This document shows positions 23,089-32,571 of a stretch of 64,000 nt of DNA, in pieces (position 1 is the first letter of the stretch; every line of letters begins with the position of its first letter). The stretch lies in the sequence record OL631483.1; one strand, 5' to 3'. Position numbers and translations under genes: made by a program. The notes beneath the pieces were generated by a model. That model was not told the DNA's origin. It ran no database searches and worked only from the letters and a program-made list of their open reading frames with translations. This DNA comes from Escherichia phage ECML-363.

Positions 23089-23141
23089 CCTCATGTTATG
23101 TCAGTAAGACTACTATAACACAACACGAGGGACTTGTAAAC
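23089..23141 (-). promoter_or_regulatory. Early (sigma70-type) promoter plus leader cassette upstream of the alt.-3-like ORF
   Basis: Minus strand GTTTAC(-35), ~18 nt spacer, TATAGT(-10), then AACAUGAGGAAC leader with SD; near-identical copy at 38886-38939. Confidence 0.6.
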
Positions 23142-25198
23142 TACATTTTGAACTTTTTAGACATTCCGTTAATGTTAACCAAAGAAGCTAAGATTTGAGA
23201 AACTTCGTTTTCCTCTTCTTTTGATTCTTCTACAAGGAATTGATTAAATCCAGCCATTGGACGAACTTCACCAGTTTCCATTAGATGGTCGCCATCATAT
23301 ACTGATTCTTCTAATTGTTCAGAAGGAGGAACGATTGTACCTTCGATTAGATACTTGTTATAAGCAGTTTCTTTCATAAAGTAAGTACTTACTTTATTAA
23401 TCTTCAGTAAAATTCCACGTGGTAGAATAACTTCAGCTTCTGATGGAAATCCTGATAAATGACCCGGAACGATAACTTTAACTCGTTCAGCTCCTTTAAT
23501 TACCATACCCACGCTAGTTTCAGCATCTTCATTAGCATATGTAGAATGACTACCCATATGCATCAAATCTTCTGCATCAACGGAACCTTCTCCTTCACCA
23601 GAAAATACTGCTCCGGAATCATCTAAGGCCATATAATTTTTACCATACTCACCAAAGATATTTGGTTTAAGTGATGTCGATACGAAGTTCTTGAAATAGA
23701 ACATTTTATTTTCAATGTTATGACGCAAAGTTTTAAAAGTAACTTCTTGTCCACGGTAAAGTGTAGTTCCTGGAGGAAGAACTGAACCTTTAACGAATGC
23801 AGAATCAAGCGTCTCAATATGTTTAATAGCTCGTTCCATATATTCTTCACGGGTAGAATCTGGTTTACCCAAAAGGAACGAGTTCATTTCAACATATGAA
23901 TCTGCGCAATAATCTTCAATTACGTCAGATTCAGCCTGAGTTAATCCTTTTGGAGTTACTTCGGTGCTTGCATATTCATACGCCTGAGCAGCGGATTCAT
24001 CAATTAATTTATAAATGCCATTCATGACAAATTGAATAATAGCTGTCTTTTCATCTGGCGTAGCTTTAGAACCTTTAACTAAATCATTGACAATTTTCTT
24101 AATAACATCAAAGCTATTAGAAATATTAATGTCAGCAAGATCGCTTAAAATTTTATCAGTTTTGTAATTAAAGAAGTCTTTATTCTTTAAATATTCCTGG
24201 GAACCTTGATATGATGTATCGCTCTGCAACTTGATAGATGGATCGCGTAAACGTGCATGGGCTAATGCAATATGATTTCGGAAACTTTCTAGTTCATAAT
24301 CGCTAGATTTAAAACGAGAAGCACTTCTCATACCGCCGATAGCTCCTTTGCTAAAGTTTGAACCAATCTGAATAACGCCAGAGTTCATTGGTCCTTCTGC
24401 TTTATATACCGGAACTTTAGATTCAAACTCTTGATATTTCTTAGCAGCGAAGCTATCACCCTGAAGTGAAGCATCAACAGTAGAATATTGAGCTTGTGCT
24501 GCTAATCGACGACTAATTTTAGTTTTCTGAATAACAGCTTGATCCGTACGCTTATCATTTTCTAAAGCAATAGAAGCAGCAACTGCGACAGCTTTAGGAA
24601 CAGCATTACCTGTTTTAACGTCTACATAAACATCACCAACCTTTGATTCAACTTTTGTGAATAACTCAGTTGAAATAGGAGGTACACCTGGAATGTCTTC
24701 TAAATTGGCATTTTTACGGTAAACCATAATATATGCATATTTCTTATCATAGTCCCAGATTTCCTTTAAAAGAACATATCGACCTGCTCCTTTAGTACGT
24801 ACTAAACGGTCAGCAATAACTTGCATTTGACGAGCAGCGCCATTTGTTTTACTTTTTAGTACGCGGAATAGGCATGCATCAATTTTATACTGTTTCATTG
24901 TTTGAAGAGCAGTATCAAAAACCGCATTAATGACACCAATTGGATTTCCACCCAAGTTTTTAAGCTTGACTAATGATAATTTCTCGTTGACACCTATCAT
25001 TACGATATGCATCATTTTGTCGCCTGGCTTAACGTTTTTATTCGTATCACCGCCAGAGGTGTATGTACAAAATCGAAATCCAGGAAGAACGCTTTCTTCA
25101 CCGGCTTGAATAGCAAAAATTTGAGGTATTTTATGCTTAGGATTTAAGTTAACAACCGGCGCCGAAGCGCCGTCAAATAATTCTGTAATAAGTTCCAT
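23141..25198 (-). CDS. Alt-family ADP-ribosyltransferase paralog
   Basis: 685 aa; N-terminus MELITELFDG shared with the adjacent paralog; C-terminal R-S-E elements (YRGQ, STS, EAEVILPRG). Confidence 0.8.
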   Translation of the reverse strand: MELITELFDGASAPVVNLNPKHKIPQIFAIQAGEESVLPGFRFCTYTSGGDTNKNVKPGDKMMHIVMIGVNEKLSLVKLKNLGGNPIGVINAVFDTALQTMKQYKIDACLFRVLKSKTNGAARQMQVIADRLVRTKGAGRYVLLKEIWDYDKKYAYIMVYRKNANLEDIPGVPPISTELFTKVESKVGDVYVDVKTGNAVPKAVAVAASIALENDKRTDQAVIQKTKISRRLAAQAQYSTVDASLQGDSFAAKKYQEFESKVPVYKAEGPMNSGVIQIGSNFSKGAIGGMRSASRFKSSDYELESFRNHIALAHARLRDPSIKLQSDTSYQGSQEYLKNKDFFNYKTDKILSDLADINISNSFDVIKKIVNDLVKGSKATPDEKTAIIQFVMNGIYKLIDESAAQAYEYASTEVTPKGLTQAESDVIEDYCADSYVEMNSFLLGKPDSTREEYMERAIKHIETLDSAFVKGSVLPPGTTLYRGQEVTFKTLRHNIENKMFYFKNFVSTSLKPNIFGEYGKNYMALDDSGAVFSGEGEGSVDAEDLMHMGSHSTYANEDAETSVGMVIKGAERVKVIVPGHLSGFPSEAEVILPRGILLKINKVSTYFMKETAYNKYLIEGTIVPPSEQLEESVYDGDHLMETGEVRPMAGFNQFLVEESKEEENEVSQILASLVNINGMSKKFKM

Positions 25199-25201
25199 GA
25201 T

Positions 25202-27298
25202 TTATCCTTGAACGAACTTGTAAGGCATGTTTGTAATATCTATGCAAGACGCAATAATTCCAAGAGATGATTCTACTTTCTGTTTAATATTTGATGAAAC
25301 AAATGATGCAAAGTCAACTCTGTCTTCTATTTCAATATCACCTGTCATTGCAACCAATTCACCAGTTTCCATTAAATGGTCTCCATCATAGATTACCGAT
25401 TCGGTGAGCTCTTCCGTGGTCATAACTTCAGCTTGAATGAGTTTTGTATTATTAGATGTTGTTCCGTCATTATTAGAAGCATCAGTTATTTTATTAACCT
25501 TGACCATCAATCCGCGTGGTAGAATAACTTCAGCTTCTGTTGCTATTCCGAGACTTCCTGGATATACAACATTAACTTTATGAGCTCCATCAATTGCCCA
25601 TCCTATTTGAACTTTAACATATTCAGGATTTTCTTTATACGCTCTTATTTCGTTTGGATTAATAGTTATTCCTTCTTCATTTTTATCAACTGTTAATTCG
25701 TTACGAGCTTCTGGTTCTAAAAGACCAATACCAGCATGTGTGATTCCAAAACGTCCAAAAATGATAGGAGTTAAAGAAGTAGATACAAAATTTCTGAAGT
25801 AGAACACTTTATTTTTAACTAACGCTTCATATATAGGAGCAGTCATACTTTGAGCACGATAAACTGTAATGCCTTCTGGTATACGGTCACCATTTTCAAA
25901 AGCTGAATCTAAGTTATTTATAGCAGATTCAATTTCTTTTTCACTCATTACATCATATCGTTCTGGATTGTAACGACCTAAAAGAAGATTATTGATGTCA
26001 GTATATCCTGAACCGCAATATTCTCTAATGCCACGCTTTTGTGATGGAGTATATTTAGAACCATCGCGGGCAATAGTAATATCAATCATTGGACCAGCAC
26101 CAATTCCAGAAAAACTGTAAATCATTCGTTTGAGGAATTTAGTTTTTGCTGCGTTCCAGGAATTTTTAGTTATTTCTTCCCAGACTTCATCTGGTTGTCC
26201 TTTACGATTTTTATTATGATTAGCAAGCCATTTATCTTTATAATCTTCAAAGAATTGATTTACAGCTGCTGCGTATTTCTCTAAACATTTTATTGAAGTA
26301 GTTGGTTCATTTTTAATTGCATTAAAAATTACTTCTTTAATTTTTTCTGAAACTTCACCGACTTGACTCATTGGAAAGAATTTATAATCATAGTGAAGTT
26401 CATCTGCCGTTCCTTCAGCAATAATTTTTGCTGCCTTTGTTTTAGAAGCTAATGAATTAATTCCAATTTTCATTTCTTCTGCTTCGGGAATTAAAGGTGC
26501 AGTAGCTGGTTTATTAAAATTAGCTGCTGTAGATTCATACTTCTGGAATAATTCACTTTCAAATCTAGAAGATTCCAATGACTGACTTTGTGCAATTGCT
26601 CTACGGGAAATTTTAACTTTAACGATTACGGCTTGGTCAGAACGTTTATCATTTTCTTGTGCAATAGATGCAGCAATTGCCTCATTTTTGGTTACTTGAG
26701 CTCCAGTATCTTTATTGATATAAACATCACCGACCTTCGATTCAACTTTAGTAAAAAGCTCGGTGCTAATTTCTGGAACTCCTGGAATGTCTTCTAGTGA
26801 TACATTTTTACGATGTATAAGAATATATGCATACTTTTTATCGTAATCCCAGAGTTCCTTAAGAAGGACGTATCTGCCACCTGAACGACTGCGGATGAGT
26901 CTATCAGCAATAAGTTGAATTTGTCGAGCTTGACCGGCGGTTTTAGACTTAAGAATACGAAGCATGCAGGCATCAATTTTATATTGACGCATTGTTTGCA
27001 TTGCAACAGTAAAAACTGAATTGATATAATTAATCGGGCTTGGACCAAGACCTTTTAATTTAGCAATTGAACCTTTAGCAGTTAATGTAAAAGGAACAAT
27101 GTGCATCATTTTATCGCCCATCTTTAAATCACGATTAGTATCACCTCCAGATGTATAGGTACATAAACGAAAGCCTGGTTGTTCAATTGCATCATCAACA
27201 TGAACTGAAAAAATTTGTGGTATTTTCTTCTTTGGATTTAAGTTTGTAATCGGAAGAGTAGTATCTTCGTCAAATAATTCTGTAATGAGTTCCATCAT
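25202..27298 (-). CDS. alt: Alt ADP-ribosyltransferase (packaged internal protein)
   Basis: 698 aa; YRAQ, STS and EAEVILPRG motifs; adjacent to gene 30 as in T4; minus-strand late promoter upstream; the true start may be the second Met at 27295. Confidence 0.8.
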   Translation of the reverse strand: MMELITELFDEDTTLPITNLNPKKKIPQIFSVHVDDAIEQPGFRLCTYTSGGDTNRDLKMGDKMMHIVPFTLTAKGSIAKLKGLGPSPINYINSVFTVAMQTMRQYKIDACMLRILKSKTAGQARQIQLIADRLIRSRSGGRYVLLKELWDYDKKYAYILIHRKNVSLEDIPGVPEISTELFTKVESKVGDVYINKDTGAQVTKNEAIAASIAQENDKRSDQAVIVKVKISRRAIAQSQSLESSRFESELFQKYESTAANFNKPATAPLIPEAEEMKIGINSLASKTKAAKIIAEGTADELHYDYKFFPMSQVGEVSEKIKEVIFNAIKNEPTTSIKCLEKYAAAVNQFFEDYKDKWLANHNKNRKGQPDEVWEEITKNSWNAAKTKFLKRMIYSFSGIGAGPMIDITIARDGSKYTPSQKRGIREYCGSGYTDINNLLLGRYNPERYDVMSEKEIESAINNLDSAFENGDRIPEGITVYRAQSMTAPIYEALVKNKVFYFRNFVSTSLTPIIFGRFGITHAGIGLLEPEARNELTVDKNEEGITINPNEIRAYKENPEYVKVQIGWAIDGAHKVNVVYPGSLGIATEAEVILPRGLMVKVNKITDASNNDGTTSNNTKLIQAEVMTTEELTESVIYDGDHLMETGELVAMTGDIEIEDRVDFASFVSSNIKQKVESSLGIIASCIDITNMPYKFVQG

Positions 27299-27318
27299 AT
27301 CCTCTCTAGTGTTTATTC

Positions 27319-27326
27319 TATTTATA
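27319..27326 (-). promoter_or_regulatory. Late promoter (TATAAATA on minus strand) for alt
   Basis: TATTTATA on plus strand ~20 nt upstream of the alt start. Confidence 0.6.
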
Positions 27327-27331
27327 AAATT

Positions 27332-27349
27332 AAAGGCCCGAAGGCCTTT
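27332..27349. terminator. Palindromic hairpin between the gene 30 operon and alt
   Basis: AAAGGCC-CGAA-GGCCTTT. Confidence 0.45.
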
Positions 27350-27536
27350 AATAATCTATTGGTAATAGAGTACGATATATTTCAAACTTTGGACCTTTTT
27401 CATAAGCATCAAAAGTTTCTGTGAATTTATTATAAGCATATGCATCTATAAATTCAATCATGATTTGCGATACAGAAGTAGAAACATCTCCACCTTCTTT
27501 TTGAGCCACGACAATTGTTTCTAAGTAAGCTTTCAT
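27348..27536 (-). CDS. Hypothetical small protein
   Basis: 62 aa ORF whose start overlaps the gene 30 stop. Confidence 0.5.
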   Translation of the reverse strand: MKAYLETIVVAQKEGGDVSTSVSQIMIEFIDAYAYNKFTETFDAYEKGPKFEIYRTLLPIDY

Positions 27537-28996
27537 AAACCAGTTACCTCATGAAAATCGCCAAATACATCTTCGAACGTATTAGCTTTAGTTTTATCTT
27601 CACGTAAACGAATTGCAATTGGAAGAAATAGCTTAACGTAATCAGTACGTCCATCTAATTTTACCCAGCCGTTGCATTCGCACTCTAGAATTTTTCCAAT
27701 ATAATAATTTTGGTTTTCCATAATGCGAGTACGATCAAGTTCATGCGATTTTATACCGGCTTTATCTTTTAAGCCTGAACCAGCATTTACTTTAATTTTT
27801 CCACACTCTGATTCAAGAATGAAACCACCTGCTTTAGTAGGGTCTTTACGGTGAGGATAAATTCCTACAATTTTTAAATCAACATCAATTACTTCTTTAA
27901 ATTTATAAAGATTTTTTGAACGAGCATTTTCCCATAATCCATCGATATTTTTGAGAATAATACCTTCAAGACCTTGGTCAATATACTTTTTATAAATTAC
28001 CTTAGCTTCATCTAGGTTATTTACTATCTGGTTTTCAATTAAAATTACTTTATCATAGCCTGATGTCATTTGTTCTAGTTTAGAAAAACGTACATCATAT
28101 TTTAAACGAAATGCTGGAAGACCATATATTTCTACTAATGGAACATAGTCCCAGACCTGAAACTTCATGCATTGTGCTTCTTTTTCAGAAATGGTTCCCT
28201 TTAAAGATTTATTAGCGATTCCATTAGAAGTAGTACGTGATTCAGCTACTTCGGCGAATTCTTTAGCTTTACTAATTTCAGGATAAGCATCAAAAAGAAA
28301 ATCTAGGCCTTCTGGTTCCTTTTCAACTTGCTCATGGTATACCAATTCGCCATCAATTAACACACCTTCTGGATGAATCTGGCGAGCTTCTGCAGTCATT
28401 TTGATTAACTCTTCCTTGAGAAGATCTAATCCTAGATATTCATTACCAGCTCGTGATAAAAGACGAACATCATCTAATTCATCACCTCTGACTTCAGCAA
28501 AGCACCGAGCTCCATCAGCTTTTAACTGGGCAAAAGCTGGAAATTTGATATTCTTATTAATGCCTTTTTCATCATAAGAACTTGCCAGCATTTGAGGTTG
28601 TTCAGGAATTAAACCTGGCCAAACTTTGTTTGCAATAGATACTGATGCACCACATTCAAGGTCTCGCATCATCACCCGACGCAAAACTTCAACATCATCT
28701 TTTTTACCGTCAGCAATATATCCAGTTAATTCCTCAATTGCCGCATTTCCGGTCAATTTCCGAGTAGCTAACGTGAATTCAATGAAGTCAAGCATATCGG
28801 TAAGAGTCAACATTCCAAAACTCTGGGTAGTAATACCCGGTTTAGGCCATTTCTTGATATAATACTGTAACCCACGAGAATAAGTCAGACGATATACTCG
28901 TTTAAGCAATTCATTATCTTTATTCTTTTCAAGAATTGCTTGCTTCTGCTTAGTTGAACCAATAGATGCTATTTCGTTCAGAATTTTAAGAATCAT
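27533..28996 (-). CDS. 30: ATP-dependent DNA ligase gp30
   Basis: 487 aa (T4 ligase length); active-site lysine motif KADGAR; N-terminus MILKILNEIASIGSTKQKQ. Confidence 0.95.
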   Translation of the reverse strand: MILKILNEIASIGSTKQKQAILEKNKDNELLKRVYRLTYSRGLQYYIKKWPKPGITTQSFGMLTLTDMLDFIEFTLATRKLTGNAAIEELTGYIADGKKDDVEVLRRVMMRDLECGASVSIANKVWPGLIPEQPQMLASSYDEKGINKNIKFPAFAQLKADGARCFAEVRGDELDDVRLLSRAGNEYLGLDLLKEELIKMTAEARQIHPEGVLIDGELVYHEQVEKEPEGLDFLFDAYPEISKAKEFAEVAESRTTSNGIANKSLKGTISEKEAQCMKFQVWDYVPLVEIYGLPAFRLKYDVRFSKLEQMTSGYDKVILIENQIVNNLDEAKVIYKKYIDQGLEGIILKNIDGLWENARSKNLYKFKEVIDVDLKIVGIYPHRKDPTKAGGFILESECGKIKVNAGSGLKDKAGIKSHELDRTRIMENQNYYIGKILECECNGWVKLDGRTDYVKLFLPIAIRLREDKTKANTFEDVFGDFHEVTGL

Positions 28997-29262
28997 TGTT
29001 CATCCTTTAGAGTTTGGTTTACAGCTCTATTATAAATCAATTCATCATTAAGCTCAGTCAAAGACCTGTGGTACGTGGTTCTAACTTTATTTCCTTGCAT
29101 CCAGTGCTTGACGTAAATGAAACCTTGCTCTACACATTTTTTAAAAATTCGTTCGTCTTTTTGAGCTCGGAATTCTGGATTGCATCTAAAAAATTGATTT
29201 ACGTGACCGTAATCACGTGTAGTATTACCTTCATTTTCATAAATAGTGTGAACAACAAACAT
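28993..29262 (-). CDS. Hypothetical protein (T4 30.1 position)
   Basis: 89 aa ORF, translationally coupled in the 30.x operon. Confidence 0.55.
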   Translation of the reverse strand: MFVVHTIYENEGNTTRDYGHVNQFFRCNPEFRAQKDERIFKKCVEQGFIYVKHWMQGNKVRTTYHRSLTELNDELIYNRAVNQTLKDEQ

Positions 29263-30098
29263 TAGAATGCTCCTTGGAAAATATTATCACCGCTAGTAGG
29301 TCTATTATACAAATACTCTATGCCACCAGGTTTAATATAGTTCCATGTCTGAAACGGATGCGTCTGATATGGATGATATAGATTATAAGGATTAAATCCA
29401 GGAGTTCTCCAGGTAGTGTTCCAAGGAAAAGAATCGTTTTTAATCATCTTTTCAATTACATCTTTTACAGCTTTTTCACTATCAAAACTTTCTTTATTTT
29501 CCTTCGATGGAAAAAGCTTATTCTCTACATCATTCCATGTATAAACTCGCTGTGCAGTTTTTGGAATACTGTCACGCTCCCCTCGAGCCATCCAATAAAC
29601 AGGAACATTTAATATTTCACTTGCATGATCGCAGTGGTGAGCGAGATCGTCAATATAACAAATTACGTTATATTTCTCTTTTGCCTTTTTGAACAACTCT
29701 TCTTTTGAAGAATCATGACCACACATCAATACTTCTGAGAAGGCACCAGGAAAAAGAGCATTCAAATTAAATTGACGATTCAGCAGAGCGTCAATAGAAT
29801 CACCCAATGCTGTAACAGCTACAAAATTATAATCTTCTTTTAATTTGTTAATTACACATAGGGCATCTTTATATGGAGACAAATAGCGAATAAAATCTGA
29901 ACGATTATACTTTTCGATTAATTTAACACCAAGTTCTTCATCGCAATTAAAGAGCTTACCAGGAGAAATAAATTTTTCGTCCTGAATCATTTTTAAAATA
30001 TGTTCCAACGGAAGATTATATTTTTGGGCAAAATAAGGAAGGCCCGATTGCCAGCTTAAACACACCCCGTCAATATCAGTCAAAATAGTAGGCTTCAT
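29262..30098 (-). CDS. HAD-superfamily hydrolase-like protein (T4 30.2 position)
   Basis: 278 aa; N-terminal DIDGV (HAD motif I) and a downstream YIDD acidic motif. Confidence 0.6.
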   Translation of the reverse strand: MKPTILTDIDGVCLSWQSGLPYFAQKYNLPLEHILKMIQDEKFISPGKLFNCDEELGVKLIEKYNRSDFIRYLSPYKDALCVINKLKEDYNFVAVTALGDSIDALLNRQFNLNALFPGAFSEVLMCGHDSSKEELFKKAKEKYNVICYIDDLAHHCDHASEILNVPVYWMARGERDSIPKTAQRVYTWNDVENKLFPSKENKESFDSEKAVKDVIEKMIKNDSFPWNTTWRTPGFNPYNLYHPYQTHPFQTWNYIKPGGIEYLYNRPTSGDNIFQGAF

Positions 30099-30559
30099 AG
30101 AGAGTCTCTTAATAGGTTTAACACATCAATAAATTCAGCTTCGGTTAGTATTGTATCATCTTTTGTTAGACTACTAGCCATGCTGTGCTTCAAAACTTTT
30201 CCTTTCGAGGCTAGTAATGCATCACGAAAGCCCTTGTTTTGAATCGCTGCCTCAAAATACGCATTTGTGTATAATTCTTTCCACGCTGGAGAGTATCTTG
30301 AAAACGGAACTCCGAGCCAGAAGAGGGTCCCACGGTCCTGAGCTCTAGCATAAGACCTTCCAGCTTGTTGGGCGGCAAGCCCGGATAACCCAAATACACG
30401 ACGTTGCTGTTCAACATTTTTCACCTTACATCCTTGGAGAAATCCTTCAAGACCTCCAAATTGGATACCATTCATAACAAAAGGCCATTGGGCGAAATTA
30501 CTTAATGCACACGATGGCCATCTAAAATTGCTTCTAATCTCTAACTCAGGCATTTTCAA
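30095..30559 (-). CDS. NADAR (YbiA-like, DUF1768) domain protein (T4 30.3 position)
   Basis: 154 aa; LSNFAQWPFVMNGIQFGGLEGFLQGCK resembles the YbiA/NADAR core FSNFAAWP...EHYFQAQK. Confidence 0.6.
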   Translation of the reverse strand: MKMPELEIRSNFRWPSCALSNFAQWPFVMNGIQFGGLEGFLQGCKVKNVEQQRRVFGLSGLAAQQAGRSYARAQDRGTLFWLGVPFSRYSPAWKELYTNAYFEAAIQNKGFRDALLASKGKVLKHSMASSLTKDDTILTEAEFIDVLNLLRDSL

Positions 30560-30752
30560 TACTTATAATTTCAACATCAGCCCAATGACCATAGCAAGGA
30601 AGACGAAATTCAACTGGCCAGTTAGGGTCCTTTTCTAATATAATAGACTTAACTTGTGGTTCTTCATGTTCATCAGTATATGGATTTTTATCTGTTACTT
30701 TATATGTGACCTTAATGTACTGAATTCCAAAAATCTTATTAATTATATTCAT
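30546..30752 (-). CDS. Hypothetical protein (30.4 position)
   Basis: 68 aa ORF in operon context. Confidence 0.5.
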   Translation of the reverse strand: MNIINKIFGIQYIKVTYKVTDKNPYTDEHEEPQVKSIILEKDPNWPVEFRLPCYGHWADVEIISIENA

Positions 30753-30946
30753 ACTAATTCCTTTAATCCGTAAATAGGAGATAATTCATCACCCATACGA
30801 AGGTCTTCATTTCCATCTACCCAGGAAACAATATAAGCCTCTTTTATTTGAACACCACTCCATTTAAATGGAGGTAGAACCTTAGAAATTAATCCAGGTA
30901 TACCAACTCCCTTTAATTCAACAGTTTGACCTAAAAAGAATTTCAT
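30749..30946 (-). CDS. Hypothetical protein (30.5 position)
   Basis: 65 aa ORF, start/stop coupled with neighbours. Confidence 0.5.
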   Translation of the reverse strand: MKFFLGQTVELKGVGIPGLISKVLPPFKWSGVQIKEAYIVSWVDGNEDLRMGDELSPIYGLKELV

Positions 30947-31233
30947 CAGAACCTCATCTGAAAGCCGTGTGATTTAACATTACCGCCGCCAATATCAGAA
31001 ATATTAATTTCACGCGCAATTGAAGGGTCAATGTCAATTTCACGATTAAGTTTAGCGATAGCTAAAGTATCACGCCCATTTACTGTACGGAATTCTAAAG
31101 GACAAACCACATCAACATAATTTTTAATTGATTCACTGGTAGGTTGCAAATGAGCAGGAAGGTCTTTAGGCGCCTTAGAGAAAACCACTTCACAGAAATT
31201 TTTGCGGGTGTCAAAATAAGTAGTCATAAACAT
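30946..31233 (-). CDS. Hypothetical protein (30.6 position)
   Basis: 95 aa ORF. Confidence 0.55.
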   Translation of the reverse strand: MFMTTYFDTRKNFCEVVFSKAPKDLPAHLQPTSESIKNYVDVVCPLEFRTVNGRDTLAIAKLNREIDIDPSIAREINISDIGGGNVKSHGFQMRF

Positions 31234-31250
31234 AGTATTTTCCTTAGTAA

Positions 31251-31264
31251 GGGGCCGAAGCCCC
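31251..31264. terminator. GC-rich hairpin between 30.7-like and 30.6-like ORFs
   Basis: GGGGC-CGAA-GCCCC; T-tract only on the plus side, so role is unclear. Confidence 0.35.
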
Positions 31265-31274
31265 TCATTTTATT

Positions 31275-31640
31275 TTAAATATCAAATTCGTTAAGAACTA
31301 CATCAAAGATTGCTTCAAGATGCTCAGGTTTAGCTCTGTTACTCAGAATATGACGAATCCAAGTTTTAACCAGAAGCTTGCGATTAGCGCCATTCCAGCA
31401 AGGATGGGTCCCTAAATCGCGTTGACGAAAATCATCATCCAGAGCGATTTTGAAGTTTGAACCTTCCATTGTGATTGAAACCGTGATGCCATTTTCAAAT
31501 CGCATATAAACGTAGTTAGGAGTCATATACTGTTCAATTTCGCATACTGATCCATTTTGATGTTTCCAAAGGCAAATAGTATCAATAGAACCTGCAATAC
31601 CATTAGAAACATATTTACGTTCAAAGTTGATGTAGTTCAT
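31275..31640 (-). CDS. Hypothetical protein (30.7 position)
   Basis: 121 aa ORF. Confidence 0.55.
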   Translation of the reverse strand: MNYINFERKYVSNGIAGSIDTICLWKHQNGSVCEIEQYMTPNYVYMRFENGITVSITMEGSNFKIALDDDFRQRDLGTHPCWNGANRKLLVKTWIRHILSNRAKPEHLEAIFDVVLNEFDI

Positions 31641-31708
31641 TTTTATTCTCCGAGATGTTTAATTGCGGTACAGGTATATAATATCATATCCTGTACCAAA
31701 GTAAACAA

Positions 31709-32041
31709 TTATTTTACTACTTTCCAGTGCTTCATGTCAAGTTTACCAACTTTTTTCATCTTCTCAATCAAACGTTCGGCACGTTGGCGAGCTGTAACAT
31801 AATACCATTCGCCTAATTCATTTTGTTCAATTTTTCCAACGATTACTGTATTCAATTCATAAATCCAACCAGTAAAGAAATTATGAACTTGAATTGTAAA
31901 GGTGAAATCTGTTCCCATACCTTCTGTTGTTTCTACTTCAATAATATCACCTTCAATTGCCATTAAGAACCACATAGTTTCATCATATTTACCATTGAAG
32001 CATTTAGTCTTAACTGCAGCGTTCAGATTAATCGTTTTCAT
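31709..32041 (-). CDS. Hypothetical protein (30.8 position)
   Basis: 110 aa ORF with AAGGAG RBS. Confidence 0.55.
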   Translation of the reverse strand: MKTINLNAAVKTKCFNGKYDETMWFLMAIEGDIIEVETTEGMGTDFTFTIQVHNFFTGWIYELNTVIVGKIEQNELGEWYYVTARQRAERLIEKMKKVGKLDMKHWKVVK

Positions 32042-32111
32042 TTTATTCTCCTTTGTTTGTGTAAGATAATACTATCACAAAGGAACCATACTGTAAACAA
32101 CTTTATGCAAT

Positions 32112-32148
32112 CTTTGGAAAATAAAAAAGGACTCCCGAAGGAGTCCTT
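32112..32148 (-). terminator. Intrinsic terminator downstream of the 30.9-like ORF
   Basis: Minus-strand GGACUCC-UUCG-GGAGUCC followed by UUUUUUUAUUUU. Confidence 0.7.
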
Positions 32149-32151
32149 AAC

Positions 32152-32370
32152 TTATGCTTTCTGCTTACCAAAACGAGAAGCATCATCTCGAAGAACCGCA
32201 CGTGCTCGGCGCATGATCTTCTCAACAGTTTGATTGATACGAGAGTTCGACCCACGCTTGTAGCCAGCGCGTTTAGAATCACCAACTTTCTTTTCAACTG
32301 CTTTCTTTGCTTTAGCTTGTTTTGCCATTATAAATTCTCTTTTAAATGAAAATGCAGGACTTATTGGCAT
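32152..32370 (-). CDS. Small lysine-rich basic protein (30.9 position)
   Basis: 72 aa (or 58 aa from the internal Met at 32328); followed by a strong intrinsic terminator. Confidence 0.5.
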   Translation of the reverse strand: MPISPAFSFKREFIMAKQAKAKKAVEKKVGDSKRAGYKRGSNSRINQTVEKIMRRARAVLRDDASRFGKQKA

Positions 32371-32571
32371 TGCCTGCGCAAGCCCTCAAGGGGAACATAG
32401 GTTTTGGATATTTAACGACAGGATAACCATAAACCCGTCATCATTCACATTCAAGAGGTACACCATAAAACTGCCGGGGTCTTAAAACTATAATGATTCG
32501 CAAATCATTAATCAGACAGTTCGATGGCTCCTCGATTTTAGCTCACACTAAGGCAGTGAATCTCCAATAAA

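Noticed and set aside
32103-32297. 64 aa ORF overlapping the 30.9-like gene in another frame
   Set aside because: Overlaps both the lysine-rich ORF and the terminator hairpin; no RBS; the alternative frame is the better-supported one.
32371-32571. Possible tRNA or group I intron in the rIII to 30.9 gap
   Set aside because: No cloverleaf with a plausible anticodon stem, and no conserved intron core elements could be recognised by eye; left as unexplained structured non-coding DNA.
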